Below are positions 37,764 through 47,596 of a stretch of 64,000 bases of DNA, piece after piece. The notes under the pieces are model-generated. The model had not been told where the DNA came from, did not search any database, and saw nothing but the letters and a program-made list of their open reading frames with translations. Every line of letters starts with the position of its first letter. The first letter of the stretch is position 1. Origin of the DNA: Gloeobacterales cyanobacterium (GTDB lineage: Bacteria > Cyanobacteriota > Cyanobacteriia > Gloeobacterales > PMM-0068); contig JBBRSB010000003.1 of NCBI GenBank assembly GCA_038245785.1, positions 1 to 64,000 on the forward strand, read 5' to 3'. Made by a program: the position numbers and the translations under genes.

Positions 37764-38522
37764 ATGATCAATCTAAGAATTCCTTACTCGCCTCAGAGAA
37801 TAGCTAGGGCTTTGTCCTACATAGTAGTGCTCCTTACTGCTGCACATACCTTCACGCAAGCCTCTAAATATTTTTGGAATCATGAAAGATTACTGGGCTT
37901 TGTGAAACTTTTTGATCTTAATCGTGAGAGCAATATTCCCAGCTGGTACTCATCCTGCGCTCTACTTTTCTGTGCTTATTTACTTGCCAATATTGCGTAT
38001 CTCAAAAAAGATTTTTCCTATAGTGGACATTGGAAAGTACTTTCCTCCATTTTTGTCTATCTATCAGCAGATGAAGCAGCAGAGCTTCACGAAAAGTGGA
38101 ATTTTCTCCTGCACCCATTAATCCACACTACGGGTCCCCTTGCATTCCCCTGGGTTATACCTTTTTCCATTTTCGTAATCATCGTTTTACTTTCTTATCT
38201 GAAGTTCTTGGGTCACCTCACACCCAAAATTCGGTGGCTGTTTCTTGCAGCAGGAGCTATCTATGTGGGGGCCGCCCTTGGATCAGAGTTGATTGAGGGT
38301 TATCTTCTGGGAGATTCAGGAATAGAGACTTTTGCATTCCAACTGGCTGTAGCGCTAGAAGAATCCCTTGAAATGTTTGGGATCGTGATCTTTATGTACG
38401 CATTGCTATCGTATCTACAGGGTTTATTAGAAAATAGCCCGCCGTCCCTTGATCAGCAAGAGAATAGTTACCAAGCAGTTGTTGTTGAGTTCTCTAGCAG
38501 CGAAAAAGAAGTAAAAGAGTAA
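37764..38522 (+). CDS. Multi-pass membrane protein, tandem paralogue 2
   Basis: Same motifs as 37005-37760, with shared identical DNA blocks. Confidence 0.82.
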   Translation: MINLRIPYSPQRIARALSYIVVLLTAAHTFTQASKYFWNHERLLGFVKLFDLNRESNIPSWYSSCALLFCAYLLANIAYLKKDFSYSGHWKVLSSIFVYLSADEAAELHEKWNFLLHPLIHTTGPLAFPWVIPFSIFVIIVLLSYLKFLGHLTPKIRWLFLAAGAIYVGAALGSELIEGYLLGDSGIETFAFQLAVALEESLEMFGIVIFMYALLSYLQGLLENSPPSLDQQENSYQAVVVEFSSSEKEVKE

Positions 38523-38543
38523 GAAAGCTGCGCTTAGTCCCAG

Positions 38544-39032
38544 CTAAACCAACTCATCCAGCGCTTTGTGTGTATTTGTATGCTGCTTCACGTTGTCTGA
38601 ATCACGGACATTGCGAACAGGATTAATTACTCGCTTGACATCTGGGCTGTGCGCAAGCACAAAAGCTCCTGCCTCAGGCGTACAAATCTCTCCTGCAGGA
38701 ATCAATTTGAGATGGGGTTTTGCTTTATAGGTCCGTGCTGCTGCTCGGGCGCGCTCAATAAAGTCATCACAGGGGACTACTTCGACGGGAAAAATATCTT
38801 TGGGTAAAGAAACTTGATCGTCTTGGACAAATTCAGTAAAAGTCCCACTGTAAACCAACTTAAACGTAGTCTTGATCCCTCTTTGTACAGATTCTAAGGC
38901 TGTGGCGGGGATAGGCTCTGCCACAAGAACGGGGTCTGCTTTTCCGTCTTCATTGCGCAGCAAGCACGTGGCAATACCTACGACCAAATAGTCCAATCCT
39001 TTGACATCTGCTAGCTCGGCAATAGTCGCCAT
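38544..39032 (-). CDS. Conserved cyanobacterial hypothetical protein
   Basis: DYLVVGIATC..EPIP..F.ER..AAARTYK..DNVKQH..THK.L pattern. Confidence 0.75.
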   Translation of the reverse strand: MATIAELADVKGLDYLVVGIATCLLRNEDGKADPVLVAEPIPATALESVQRGIKTTFKLVYSGTFTEFVQDDQVSLPKDIFPVEVVPCDDFIERARAAARTYKAKPHLKLIPAGEICTPEAGAFVLAHSPDVKRVINPVRNVRDSDNVKQHTNTHKALDELV

Positions 39033-39142
39033 CAGCGTTTCTCTTTATGCTCGGTGCTGCATTGTAGCATCTGCATTTGTCTATACTTCTCTGAAATCTG
39101 TTTCTGGATACGAAGACTGTCGATATTCAGCCGTTTTTCGCT

Positions 39143-39841
39143 ATGCTCTATGGTGGAGACACTAGGGATAGTTATTTGGTACAGGCACCCACTACAGAAA
39201 GTGATCCTTCTGCAGGTACACCCCGTAGGCGCAAACGCCTTCCTTTTCCTAGCCCTACAGAATTACTCTGGACCCTGGTTGGAGTGGGTTTGATGGTGGC
39301 TGGAACCCTCCTCCATCTGGATGTACCCGACCGATTCCCCCAAACTTTTGATTTTTCCCATTGGCCACCTTCCATGCAATGGGACTGGCAGCCTATCTAC
39401 CGTTTTTCCTTTCAAACGGCTGCAGTTTTTCTCTCGGCCTGCATGGGCGGACCTGTAGCCGGAGGCCTTACGCAGATAGCCTATTTAGCCCTAGGCCTGT
39501 ATGGTTTCCCTGTCTTCATTGAAGGCGGGGGCCTAGACTATCTAACCCATCCGGCTATCGGTTATTTGCTAGGGTATATTCCAGCCGCGATTATTACAGG
39601 GCGTTTTGCTTTCCAAGAATCTGAACTTGCTACCCTGCGTCGGCTTTTGACCAGTGCTTTAGCGGGTTTAAGTGTAGTTCATCTGTGTGGTTTAGTTGGC
39701 CTGGTCTTTCGCTTTGGCTTCAGCCCAGAGTGGTCGACCACAGCCTATCAATACTCCCTGCTAACGCTCCCTGGACAAATTCTAGGGGTATTTCTGGTGA
39801 CTGGGATTAGCTTTTTGGTGCGCAAAGTCCTGATTACTTAA
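39143..39841 (+). CDS. bioY: BioY family biotin transporter
   Basis: SFQTAAVFL, YLALGLYGFPVF.GGG..Y..P..GYLLG. Confidence 0.85.
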   Translation: MLYGGDTRDSYLVQAPTTESDPSAGTPRRRKRLPFPSPTELLWTLVGVGLMVAGTLLHLDVPDRFPQTFDFSHWPPSMQWDWQPIYRFSFQTAAVFLSACMGGPVAGGLTQIAYLALGLYGFPVFIEGGGLDYLTHPAIGYLLGYIPAAIITGRFAFQESELATLRRLLTSALAGLSVVHLCGLVGLVFRFGFSPEWSTTAYQYSLLTLPGQILGVFLVTGISFLVRKVLIT

Positions 39842-40517
39842 CCACTTGGGCAATTCGCTCCCATTCAATCTGATCGAAGTGGTCTACGACCCAATCGGCT
39901 CGACGATGAAGCATTTGATAGGGAAGGATGGTGGGTATGGCGACTACTTGCATGCCACAGGCTTGTGCAGAGAGAACTCCTGGGTAGGTACTCTCTATGG
40001 CTACACAGTCAGGAGCTTCTATCGTTTGGCCCAGCCGTTGATTGAGCTGCATCAGGGCGATTTGATAGCTCTCTGGGTGGGGTTTGGACTGAGTAACTTC
40101 ATCCCCACAAACCACGACGGAGAATGTATCTTTTAACCCCATTGTAGTTAAAACGGGAAGTACTTCTCGGCGTGGCGCGTGGGTCACTAAGCCCAAAGGA
40201 ATGCCCTGCTGAGCGAGTTGTTTTATACATGCCTGTACCCCAGGCACGAATCTGCAGAGCTGTTTCATACACGACAGATAGAGCGCACTGCGCTTATCCA
40301 CCAGTTCTTGGAGCAGAGCATCGGTGACCGTACGGCCTCTCATTTCTAAGAGGGTGCGCAAAGCCACCGTATCCGTACGGCCCAAACAGACTTCCCGATA
40401 AGCTTCTGGGCCTAGAACCAGACCCGCATCGCGCAGCACTTCATCCGTGAGCATGCGACGCAGGGCCTGGTCTTCAACCACAACCCCACTCAATTCAAAG
40501 AAGACCGCCTTGGGCAC
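39834..40517 (-). CDS. HAD-superfamily protein with degenerate catalytic motifs
   Basis: HAD layout with KPHPESY, but FELSG in place of DxD and EST in place of EDS. Confidence 0.8.
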   Translation of the reverse strand: MPKAVFFELSGVVVEDQALRRMLTDEVLRDAGLVLGPEAYREVCLGRTDTVALRTLLEMRGRTVTDALLQELVDKRSALYLSCMKQLCRFVPGVQACIKQLAQQGIPLGLVTHAPRREVLPVLTTMGLKDTFSVVVCGDEVTQSKPHPESYQIALMQLNQRLGQTIEAPDCVAIESTYPGVLSAQACGMQVVAIPTILPYQMLHRRADWVVDHFDQIEWERIAQVVK

Positions 40518-40523
40518 GAAGGT

Positions 40524-40880
40524 TTACTCACCCTCATCCGAATGAGCGGTCAAGCCTTCAGAACGTAACTGGGAAGCAACCATTTCACATACTTCAGGAT
40601 GGCCCTTATAGACCACACTGCTACCCTCACTATGGGCCTGATAGGCCAGCTGACCGGCTTCGTCTATCCCCAAGCCAGGGACACACTTCACCAGGGCGGT
40701 AATCACATGCTCGAAGGTATTCCAATCATCGTTGACTAGAATTACTCGGCCGTCACGATACTTTTTGGGAATAGTTTTTTCAGCGGGGTCTTTGACGGGT
40801 GCTAGCGGTGAGACTGCAGCCCGAAGCGTCCCACAGCTATCACGTTCGTATAGTGTTGGCAGCACTATTAAATACCTCAT
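40524..40880 (-). CDS. clpS: ATP-dependent Clp protease adaptor ClpS
   Basis: RVILVNDDWNTFEHV..AHSEG..VV; start uncertain. Confidence 0.85.
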   Translation of the reverse strand: MRYLIVLPTLYERDSCGTLRAAVSPLAPVKDPAEKTIPKKYRDGRVILVNDDWNTFEHVITALVKCVPGLGIDEAGQLAYQAHSEGSSVVYKGHPEVCEMVASQLRSEGLTAHSDEGE

Positions 40881-40931
40881 ACATATCTGGCTTTTCCCTA
40901 TTCTGATGGCTATTTCTATGAGGGGCAAGTC

Positions 40932-41549
40932 TTAGAGCTCATCATCTTCGTCGTCGATGTGATGACCGTTGCTACTTACTCCATTGGGCCGGTAGGCATA
41001 GGCTGGACGGGGTGCTTTTTGAATATCATCCCGAATTTGCTCTAGGTCTATATAACGGTCTGCCACATTGATCAGCAAATCACTGGTCATAGAGCGTAGA
41101 GATACGACCTCGACCCGCACCCCTTTATAGCTGGCGGCATTCACCGCATAAGCCAAATCACCGTCTCCACTAACCAAGATGGCCGTTTCATACCAGCTCG
41201 ATAAAGACAGCAAATCAACCGCAATCTCTACGTCGAGGTTAGCTTTTTTGGAACCATCGGGCAATTGGACCAAATCCTTGGTAATCACGCGATAGCCATT
41301 GCGTCGCATCCAGAGCAGAAATCCTTGCTGCTTTTCGTTGGCTCGGTCTACTCCCGTGTAAAAGAAGGCCCGGAGTAGACGAGAGCCCCCAGTGAGACTA
41401 CTCAGCAGTTTGGTGTAATCGATTTCGATGCCTAGTTGAAGAGCGGCGTAAAACAGGTTAGACCCATCAATAAATACCGCTACACGGCCCCGATTGTCAT
41501 TACCTCCTTGATCCCAAGAGTTTATCGAGTTGTTATTAGAGCTTGTCAT
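40932..41549 (-). CDS. LabA/DUF88 NYN-domain protein
   Basis: VFIDGSNLFY, KANLDVEIAVD, LVSGDGD. Confidence 0.9.
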   Translation of the reverse strand: MTSSNNNSINSWDQGGNDNRGRVAVFIDGSNLFYAALQLGIEIDYTKLLSSLTGGSRLLRAFFYTGVDRANEKQQGFLLWMRRNGYRVITKDLVQLPDGSKKANLDVEIAVDLLSLSSWYETAILVSGDGDLAYAVNAASYKGVRVEVVSLRSMTSDLLINVADRYIDLEQIRDDIQKAPRPAYAYRPNGVSSNGHHIDDEDDEL

Positions 41550-41580
41550 GATGGGCCTCTCAATCAAGTAGTTAGTTGTT

Positions 41581-43107
41581 TTAAGTATCAATACGAGGGA
41601 ACAAGGGTTCGCCAAGACTAAGAATTTGGCCTGGAGGAAGTTTCCCCCATACCGTTTCTTCCCAGTTGATTTGGTTCCAGGTTTCTGGGGAAAATCCCAG
41701 TTGCGTGTAAACCCCCCGGCTCATCTCTGGAACCACCGGGGCCAATAAAATAGCTGCGATTCTAACCGACTCCAGTACACAGTAAATAACGCGTTCTACA
41801 CTCGCTTGGTCCTGATTTTTATAGAGGGTCCATGGCGCTTTTTCATCCAGATACTTATTGCCTCGCCGTACCAGGGAAAGGGCCGATTCACAGGCATGGG
41901 AGAAAGCAAGGTTCTCGTAGGCCTGGGCAGTAGGTTCTACGACTTGGGCCGCTAAAACAGATAAATCTTCATCCGTTTGGACCGTAGGAACGATTCCCTC
42001 ACAATACTTGCTGGCCATGCGCAGAGTGCGGTTGAGCAAATTGCCAAAATCATTGGCCAGGTCAGCATTGACGGTATGGATAAAACGACTTTCGGCAAAA
42101 TCTCCATCCCGACCAAATTCAAGTTCTTTGAGGAAGTAGTAGCGCACGGCATCGGACCCATAGCGCTCCACCAAATCAAAGGGGTCTAGGGTGTTGCCCA
42201 AAGATTTGCCCATTTTGCGGCCATCCTTCGTCAGATAACCATGGCCAAAGATTTTCTTAGGCAGGGGTAATCCAGCGGATAGGAGCATGGCAGGCCAGTA
42301 CACGGCATGGAATCGGAGAATATCTTTACCAATCAGGTGGAGGTCTACAGGCCACCATTGAGCGAGCGCATTTTCCAAGCTGGGCGTTTCGTCCGGTCCT
42401 AGCAAAGCGGAGATGTAGCCCAAGAGGGCATCAAACCAGACGTAAATAGTTTGGGCTTGGTCGATGGGGAGGGGGATGCCCCAGGTCACAGAACTACGGG
42501 AAATTGGAAAATCTCTCAAGCCCTCTTTGACCCAACCCAGCACTTCATTACGGCGAGAATCTGGCTGGATAAAGTCAGGATTTTGTTCAAAATAGGTTTC
42601 TAGTGTCTGCTGGTACTTAGAGAGCGCAAAGAAATAGTTCTCTTCTCGGTTAGTTTCTACGGCCTTCAGATGAATAGGGCAGAGGTCTCCTTCGAGCAGC
42701 TCCTTGAGGTCCTTGTATTCTTCACATTGCACACAGTAGGGACCTTCATAAAAGTCCTTGTAGATATCCCCTTTTTCATAAACCCGCAGGAAGAACTCTT
42801 TAACAATGACTTCATGCTTGGAGTTAGTAGTACGGATGAATCGATCGTAATGAATATTTAATAGTTGCCAAAGACGCTCAAATTCTGGAGCGATCTGATC
42901 ACAGTGAACCTGTGGGCTTTTACCCTGTTCTTCTGCTGTTTGTTGAATTTTCTGACCATGCTCATCCGTACCTGTAACTAAGAGCACCTCGCGTCCTCTG
43001 AGCCGATAATAGCGAGCTAAAGTATCAGCAGCCATTGTCGGATAAGCACTGCCAACATGTGGCAGTGCATTAACGTAGTAGAGGGGTGTAGTCACTGTGA
43101 AGCGCAA
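41581..43107 (-). CDS. metG: Methionine--tRNA ligase
   Basis: PHVGSAY (HIGH), YVWFDAL, GKDILRFH, KMGKS. Confidence 0.96.
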   Translation of the reverse strand: MRFTVTTPLYYVNALPHVGSAYPTMAADTLARYYRLRGREVLLVTGTDEHGQKIQQTAEEQGKSPQVHCDQIAPEFERLWQLLNIHYDRFIRTTNSKHEVIVKEFFLRVYEKGDIYKDFYEGPYCVQCEEYKDLKELLEGDLCPIHLKAVETNREENYFFALSKYQQTLETYFEQNPDFIQPDSRRNEVLGWVKEGLRDFPISRSSVTWGIPLPIDQAQTIYVWFDALLGYISALLGPDETPSLENALAQWWPVDLHLIGKDILRFHAVYWPAMLLSAGLPLPKKIFGHGYLTKDGRKMGKSLGNTLDPFDLVERYGSDAVRYYFLKELEFGRDGDFAESRFIHTVNADLANDFGNLLNRTLRMASKYCEGIVPTVQTDEDLSVLAAQVVEPTAQAYENLAFSHACESALSLVRRGNKYLDEKAPWTLYKNQDQASVERVIYCVLESVRIAAILLAPVVPEMSRGVYTQLGFSPETWNQINWEETVWGKLPPGQILSLGEPLFPRIDT

Positions 43108-43412
43108 AGTAGTCTGAGTCCAAAATTATGTTTTAAATATAGGTTGATCATACCTACGGGTTTATTTTCCCTGGAAAAACATATCCATTCTTAAGCTTTA
43201 AGCCCGTTGCACATGCAATTCCAGAGATCAACAAACTGGTAATAGATTAAAACGCTTAACGAATCTCCACAAAACAAGGCCTCTATTTATGATCGGCAGC
43301 TGTTGATAATATTTCAATTTGGGATCGCCATCAATTGCAGTTAAAACTGCTGTCAAAATAATAAGAAAGATCCCCCGTTCCCCTAGGGCTTTTTCATGGG
43401 AGCTCTTACTCA

Positions 43413-43474
43413 CCCCTCAGTCCCTACGGGACAGCTCCCCACCCTTCGGGAAGGCTTCGCCTAGGGAGGGGAGC
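43413..43474 (+). repeat. Dispersed palindromic repeat with a nested second module
   Basis: CCCCTCAGTCCCTACGGGACAGCTCCCC [ACCCTTCGGGAAGGCTTCGCCTA] GGGAGGGGAGCC; reverse copy at 62261-62303. Confidence 0.8.
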
Positions 43475-43539
43475 CTCTTCTGGGAAGAGAAAGCTGAGGG
43501 TGCAGGAATAAAACTGAGAGGTAGGTAGGGTAGGGATCG

Positions 43540-44829
43540 CTAATGCAAGTAGTTCAGTGGATTGACTGGAGTTCCATTGGCCCGTACTTCAAAGTGGAGG
43601 TGGGGACCGGTAGAAAGTCCCGTAGAACCAACGGCGGCGATCCTTTGACCCCGTTGAATCGATTGCCCGGCGCTGACATAGGAAGCACTGGTATGTCCAT
43701 AGAGCGTCGTTAGACCATTGCCGTGGTCAATAATGACGGTCCGGCCATAGCCCCCATACCAGCCGCTATAGATAACGACCCCACTGTCCGCTGCCTTGAT
43801 AGCCGCTCCAATCGGAAGGCCAAAATCAATCCCTGCATGGAATCTACGGGTTCCATAGATGGGATGGATACGGTAGCCAAAACGACTGGTAATCCGGCCC
43901 CCACCAGGAGCGATAAACCGACCCGTGCCTACGGTATCGGCAATTTCTGGCTCTGGAGTGGGAGTGGAGGCAAGGGTATCAACACGCTGTTGGTTCTTAG
44001 CCGCTCTCGCAGCCCTAGCCGCTTCTCTGGCTGCTCTCTTTCGGGCTTCAGCCACTAAACGTCTCTTGCGTTCTAGTTCCTTTTGTCTCTGAATAATCAA
44101 ATTTCGGATTAATCCCGTCAATTCAGAGGTATTACGCTCTAATTCCCGTTCTGCCGCTTCATAGGCCCGCCGTTCTTCGCTAACGCGCTGTACAAAACTG
44201 ACCTGCATCGCTGCCGCTTGCTTGAACTCGGCATGCTTGTCTGCTAGTTGCTCCGCCAAAAGTGCAATCTGGGCCTTTTGGTCTTCCATATCATCTTTTT
44301 TATGACCAATAACGTCCGCTCTTTTCTTCAAATCCAAGAGTGCAGTACGGTCCCGGTCCAAAATTCGCGTCAATTGATACTGACGGTCGTAGGCATCATT
44401 CATATCAGCACTGGCCAGCATCGTCGTCCACCAGGGCTCTGCCCCCTGTTGCTGTAGATAGCGCATCCGTTCCATAGTGGCTGTTTTACGGGCGGCAAAA
44501 TCCTTTTCTAAACCTTTGAGGTCATGCCCTAGCCGCACTAACTTTTGACGAGCACCCTGCAAACGCTCTTTCGTATTATCAAGCTTGACGCCTGTGGTCG
44601 AAACAGAAGTATTGAGCGTATTCAGGTGGCCTTTGGCAAACGATTCTTTGCGCAGTACGGCTAGCTTCTTTTGGCGCGTTACTTTCAGCTTGCTGTGCAA
44701 GGCATTTTGTTTATTGCGTAGGGCAATGATGGCCGGTGTTTGTCCCTGGACGGTTTCGATCGCCGGGAATCCTTCCAACAGAAAACAACCCAACAAACCC
44801 AAAGCCACTAATTTGGGGGAGAACCTCAT
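43540..44829 (-). CDS. Coiled-coil + M23 peptidase (EnvC/NlpD-like)
   Basis: Signal peptide, long coiled coil, HAGID and GPHLHFEV. Confidence 0.9.
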   Translation of the reverse strand: MRFSPKLVALGLLGCFLLEGFPAIETVQGQTPAIIALRNKQNALHSKLKVTRQKKLAVLRKESFAKGHLNTLNTSVSTTGVKLDNTKERLQGARQKLVRLGHDLKGLEKDFAARKTATMERMRYLQQQGAEPWWTTMLASADMNDAYDRQYQLTRILDRDRTALLDLKKRADVIGHKKDDMEDQKAQIALLAEQLADKHAEFKQAAAMQVSFVQRVSEERRAYEAAERELERNTSELTGLIRNLIIQRQKELERKRRLVAEARKRAAREAARAARAAKNQQRVDTLASTPTPEPEIADTVGTGRFIAPGGGRITSRFGYRIHPIYGTRRFHAGIDFGLPIGAAIKAADSGVVIYSGWYGGYGRTVIIDHGNGLTTLYGHTSASYVSAGQSIQRGQRIAAVGSTGLSTGPHLHFEVRANGTPVNPLNYLH

Positions 44830-44955
44830 GAAGCCGCTCACTCTTCTTGCGCTATGGCTGGGGTTATAGTACCACACCACCTCTAGATATAGAGGCCAAC
44901 CTAAAACCCAATCCTGGATAAACCTTTTAAGTAATTCAGTAAAACTCTGTTCCCA

Positions 44956-46185
44956 TCAAGAGGATACCCCAGTTCGAGCGGATCTTAGCTTTAGCCCGAT
45001 CGTTCCAAAGAGGCCCAGCGCCACGAATCCTGTTAGATAAGCAAGCGCTTTCAGGCGGACGAATAGAGGGGGAGCAATACCTTCTACCGAGACTGAGGAT
45101 TTAGTGACTAAGGCTGGCCGCCCACTATAAGGTGGAGTTTGAACTTCTATGCGATGGGCAGAACCATCAAAAAATTGTTGTCTCCAGCGCACTTGATCAT
45201 CCACAGGCGTGGCGATCGAGAACAGTTTCCAGTTTTTCTCTGTATTGATTACAGAAACTTCAAACGCTGAAGGGATTGATTGGTCTGTGTGTCGGTCCGT
45301 AAGCTTAGCCTGAAAAGACTCAGCCGTGCCGACCCTAGCTTCTTTGACTCCATCCAGGTTCAACACCCGTTCTCTATCCTGTGCTATGGATGGTGCGCTC
45401 ACGGGTAACATGCTATTGGCCATCCCTGCCATATCAGTATGTCCGCCTTGAGATTCAGCCGAAACATTGATAAAAATGAGGGCTGCCATAGCCGTAAGCG
45501 TAAGTCCGATCAGCAATAGACGCATAGCTTCTGGCAGGATGTCAGTTCTTCCCGATCTACCAATAAAGGCTCCCCCTAAAACACCAACGAGAATGCAAAT
45601 CCCGGCAAGAATAGCGAAATTTCGAAACTTTACTGGGTTTTCCGGAACATCCACGGTCAAGACTTGTTTTACTAGGGGAGTTGCCGACGCATCCTGCATG
45701 GGCAGTACGTTGACAAATACCTGATAGACCCCCCGGATCGGCAGCATCTGTTCGAATTCGACTACGCCTTGGGCAGCAGGTACATCCAGACTGAGCAGCT
45801 CAGTTCCTTCAACGATCGGAAAATCAGTTGAAATCCAAGGATTAGTTTTAGGCGTCACAATCTTTATCTGCATCCGCACACGGGATAAGACTTTCCCTTG
45901 GCTATCTTGAGCTTCAAAACGAAAGCGGGGAGGAGATTTTTGTTGCTCAGCCTCCGCTTCAAAAGGGATCAGTTGGCGTACAGGCGGATCGAGGGTCAGT
46001 AAAACTTTGCCTTGGCCCGTCTGCGCAAAAGCGGGCGGCCCACTGAGAAAGAGCAAGGTGATGATAAGGATTAAAACGCCCTCACCCCCTAGCCCCCTCT
46101 CCCGCAGGAGAGGGGGAACAGAACCATGATTCCTTACTCCCCTCTCCTGCGGGAGAGGGGCCGGGGGTGAGAGCGAGGGTCTCAT
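44956..46185 (-). CDS. Uncharacterised membrane/periplasmic protein, last gene of the cbiX-cbtB operon
   Basis: ATG overlaps the cbtB stop (TGATG); signal-like helix, two central TMs, GHTDMAGMANSM, C-terminal TM. Confidence 0.75.
   Translation of the reverse strand: MRPSLSPPAPLPQERGVRNHGSVPPLLRERGLGGEGVLILIITLLFLSGPPAFAQTGQGKVLLTLDPPVRQLIPFEAEAEQQKSPPRFRFEAQDSQGKVLSRVRMQIKIVTPKTNPWISTDFPIVEGTELLSLDVPAAQGVVEFEQMLPIRGVYQVFVNVLPMQDASATPLVKQVLTVDVPENPVKFRNFAILAGICILVGVLGGAFIGRSGRTDILPEAMRLLLIGLTLTAMAALIFINVSAESQGGHTDMAGMANSMLPVSAPSIAQDRERVLNLDGVKEARVGTAESFQAKLTDRHTDQSIPSAFEVSVINTEKNWKLFSIATPVDDQVRWRQQFFDGSAHRIEVQTPPYSGRPALVTKSSVSVEGIAPPLFVRLKALAYLTGFVALGLFGTIGLKLRSARTGVSS
46079..46171. repeat. 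Inverted-repeat dispersed element inside the 5' end of the CDS
   Basis: CCCTCACCCCC..CCCCTCTCCCGCAGGAGAGGGG..CCCCTCTCCTGCGGGAGAGGGG..GGGGGTGAG. Confidence 0.85.
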
Positions 46186-46364
46186 CAATGACAAGAAATC
46201 ATCAGGGTATTGTGCCGAAGGGCATGGACCGCATTGTGCACTGGAGGATAAGTAGAAAAGTAGATGGTCCAGAGCACTGTGCTGGACAAGCCCAAGAAAA
46301 GTAGGGCCTGTAGCGTAGGGGAAAAAGTTAGGGCAGAGGCTTTACGCCATACATTCGTAGTCAT
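46185..46364 (-). CDS. cbtB: CbtB-like cobalt transporter subunit (59 aa, missed by the ORF track)
   Basis: MTTNVWRK...one TM...VHNAVHALRHNTLMISCH; H-x3-H-x2-RH...CH C-terminus; B12 context. Confidence 0.8.
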   Translation of the reverse strand: MTTNVWRKASALTFSPTLQALLFLGLSSTVLWTIYFSTYPPVHNAVHALRHNTLMISCH

Positions 46365-46388
46365 AATGGTTCTCTTGAATGAGCTGAA

Positions 46389-47369
46389 TTAAGGGATTTG
46401 CCAAACGCGCTGGTGATACTCTATCGGCTCGGCATAAGGGTCTTCGGCTTCGTGGCCATGTCCGTGGGTGTGACCGTGACTGTGGTGTTCGTGGCTGTGA
46501 TGGTCATGGGTATGGGCACTTACCAGATGCTCATTAGCTTGTCCCAAACCTACGAGCTGCTGGCTCACGGCCCTGCGAAACTTGCACATTTCGCAGTTCA
46601 TCATTACCTGGCCAGAGCGTGCTTCTAGTTCACGCTCTCGGATTAGGTCAAACAACACAGGGTCTAAACCCACTTCATTCATCGTTTGGATCTGGATTTT
46701 TGGATGAAGCTGTTGCTGAAGATGGGCCATTTCATGAATGCGCTTCACCAAGACGCCTGTGAATAGGAAGTAGGGAAGTACTACCACCCTTTTAGCGCCC
46801 CACGTCCAGGCCCTTTCAAAGCCCTGTTCCACGCGCGGATGGGTAATGCCAATGAAGCAAATTTCGACGCCTTTGAAGCCGCTGCCTTCCCACAAAAGAC
46901 GAGCCATCTTGTAGACATCGCTATTGGCATCGGGGTCTGAAGCGCCGCGTCCGACGAAGAGCAGTACTGTCTCAGCGCGAGGAATATCACTGGTTTCATC
47001 TAACTGAGCCAGACGCTCCTGCCACAGCTCCAGTAGGCTGGGCGTGATGCCAAAGTGTCTGCCGTAGTGGAAAGTCAATTCTGGGTAACGCAGACGCGCC
47101 TTATCTAACTCATTGGTGACATCAAATTTGTTGTGTCGGGCAGCGAACAGCAAGACGGGTAAGGCCGTCATTTCTCGATAGCCCTGAGCCACGCATTGGT
47201 CAATGCCCTGCTGAATAGAGGGCTCAGTGAGTTCCAAAAAGCAGGGAACCACCGGACGAGAAGCATCTTGTTCTTGAAAAGCCGTAGCAAAGTCTAAAAA
47301 TGTTTGCCGACCATCTGCATCACGGGTTCCATGCCCGATGAGCAGAAGCGGATGGGGGGCAGTATTCAC
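46389..47369 (-). CDS. cbiX: Sirohydrochlorin cobaltochelatase CbiX (long form)
   Basis: [32 protein letters not shown], His-rich tail. Confidence 0.93.
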   Translation of the reverse strand: MNTAPHPLLLIGHGTRDADGRQTFLDFATAFQEQDASRPVVPCFLELTEPSIQQGIDQCVAQGYREMTALPVLLFAARHNKFDVTNELDKARLRYPELTFHYGRHFGITPSLLELWQERLAQLDETSDIPRAETVLLFVGRGASDPDANSDVYKMARLLWEGSGFKGVEICFIGITHPRVEQGFERAWTWGAKRVVVLPYFLFTGVLVKRIHEMAHLQQQLHPKIQIQTMNEVGLDPVLFDLIRERELEARSGQVMMNCEMCKFRRAVSQQLVGLGQANEHLVSAHTHDHHSHEHHSHGHTHGHGHEAEDPYAEPIEYHQRVWQIP

Positions 47370-47419
47370 TTGGGTTCCTTTCCCTGTGTGACGCAGAGAG
47401 TAGAGATGAGCACCTAATG

Positions 47420-47510
47420 AATCGGCATTCTGACTTAGGAATTCCCATTACAGCTGCGGCACAGTACCGGAATCACACCGGACTTTCCCGATTCTCAGGT
47501 CTGGCTAATA
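47420..47510 (-). promoter_or_regulatory. Cobalamin riboswitch upstream of cbiX
   Basis: Minus strand GGGAAAGTCCGGTG-TGATTCCGG-TACTGTGCCGCAGCTGTAA...AAGTCAGAATGCC B12-box pattern. Confidence 0.88.
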
Positions 47511-47596
47511 TAGCATTCATCCCTAAGGAGGCACTATGCTGTGTCACGAAGAGTTACGATACGAAGCCTGCCCCCAAACTCCTTAGGATCACCCTT

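Noticed and set aside
47417..47596. N-terminal extension of the cobO ORF
   Set aside because: It overlaps the opposite-strand B12 riboswitch; CobO similarity begins at ATG 47597
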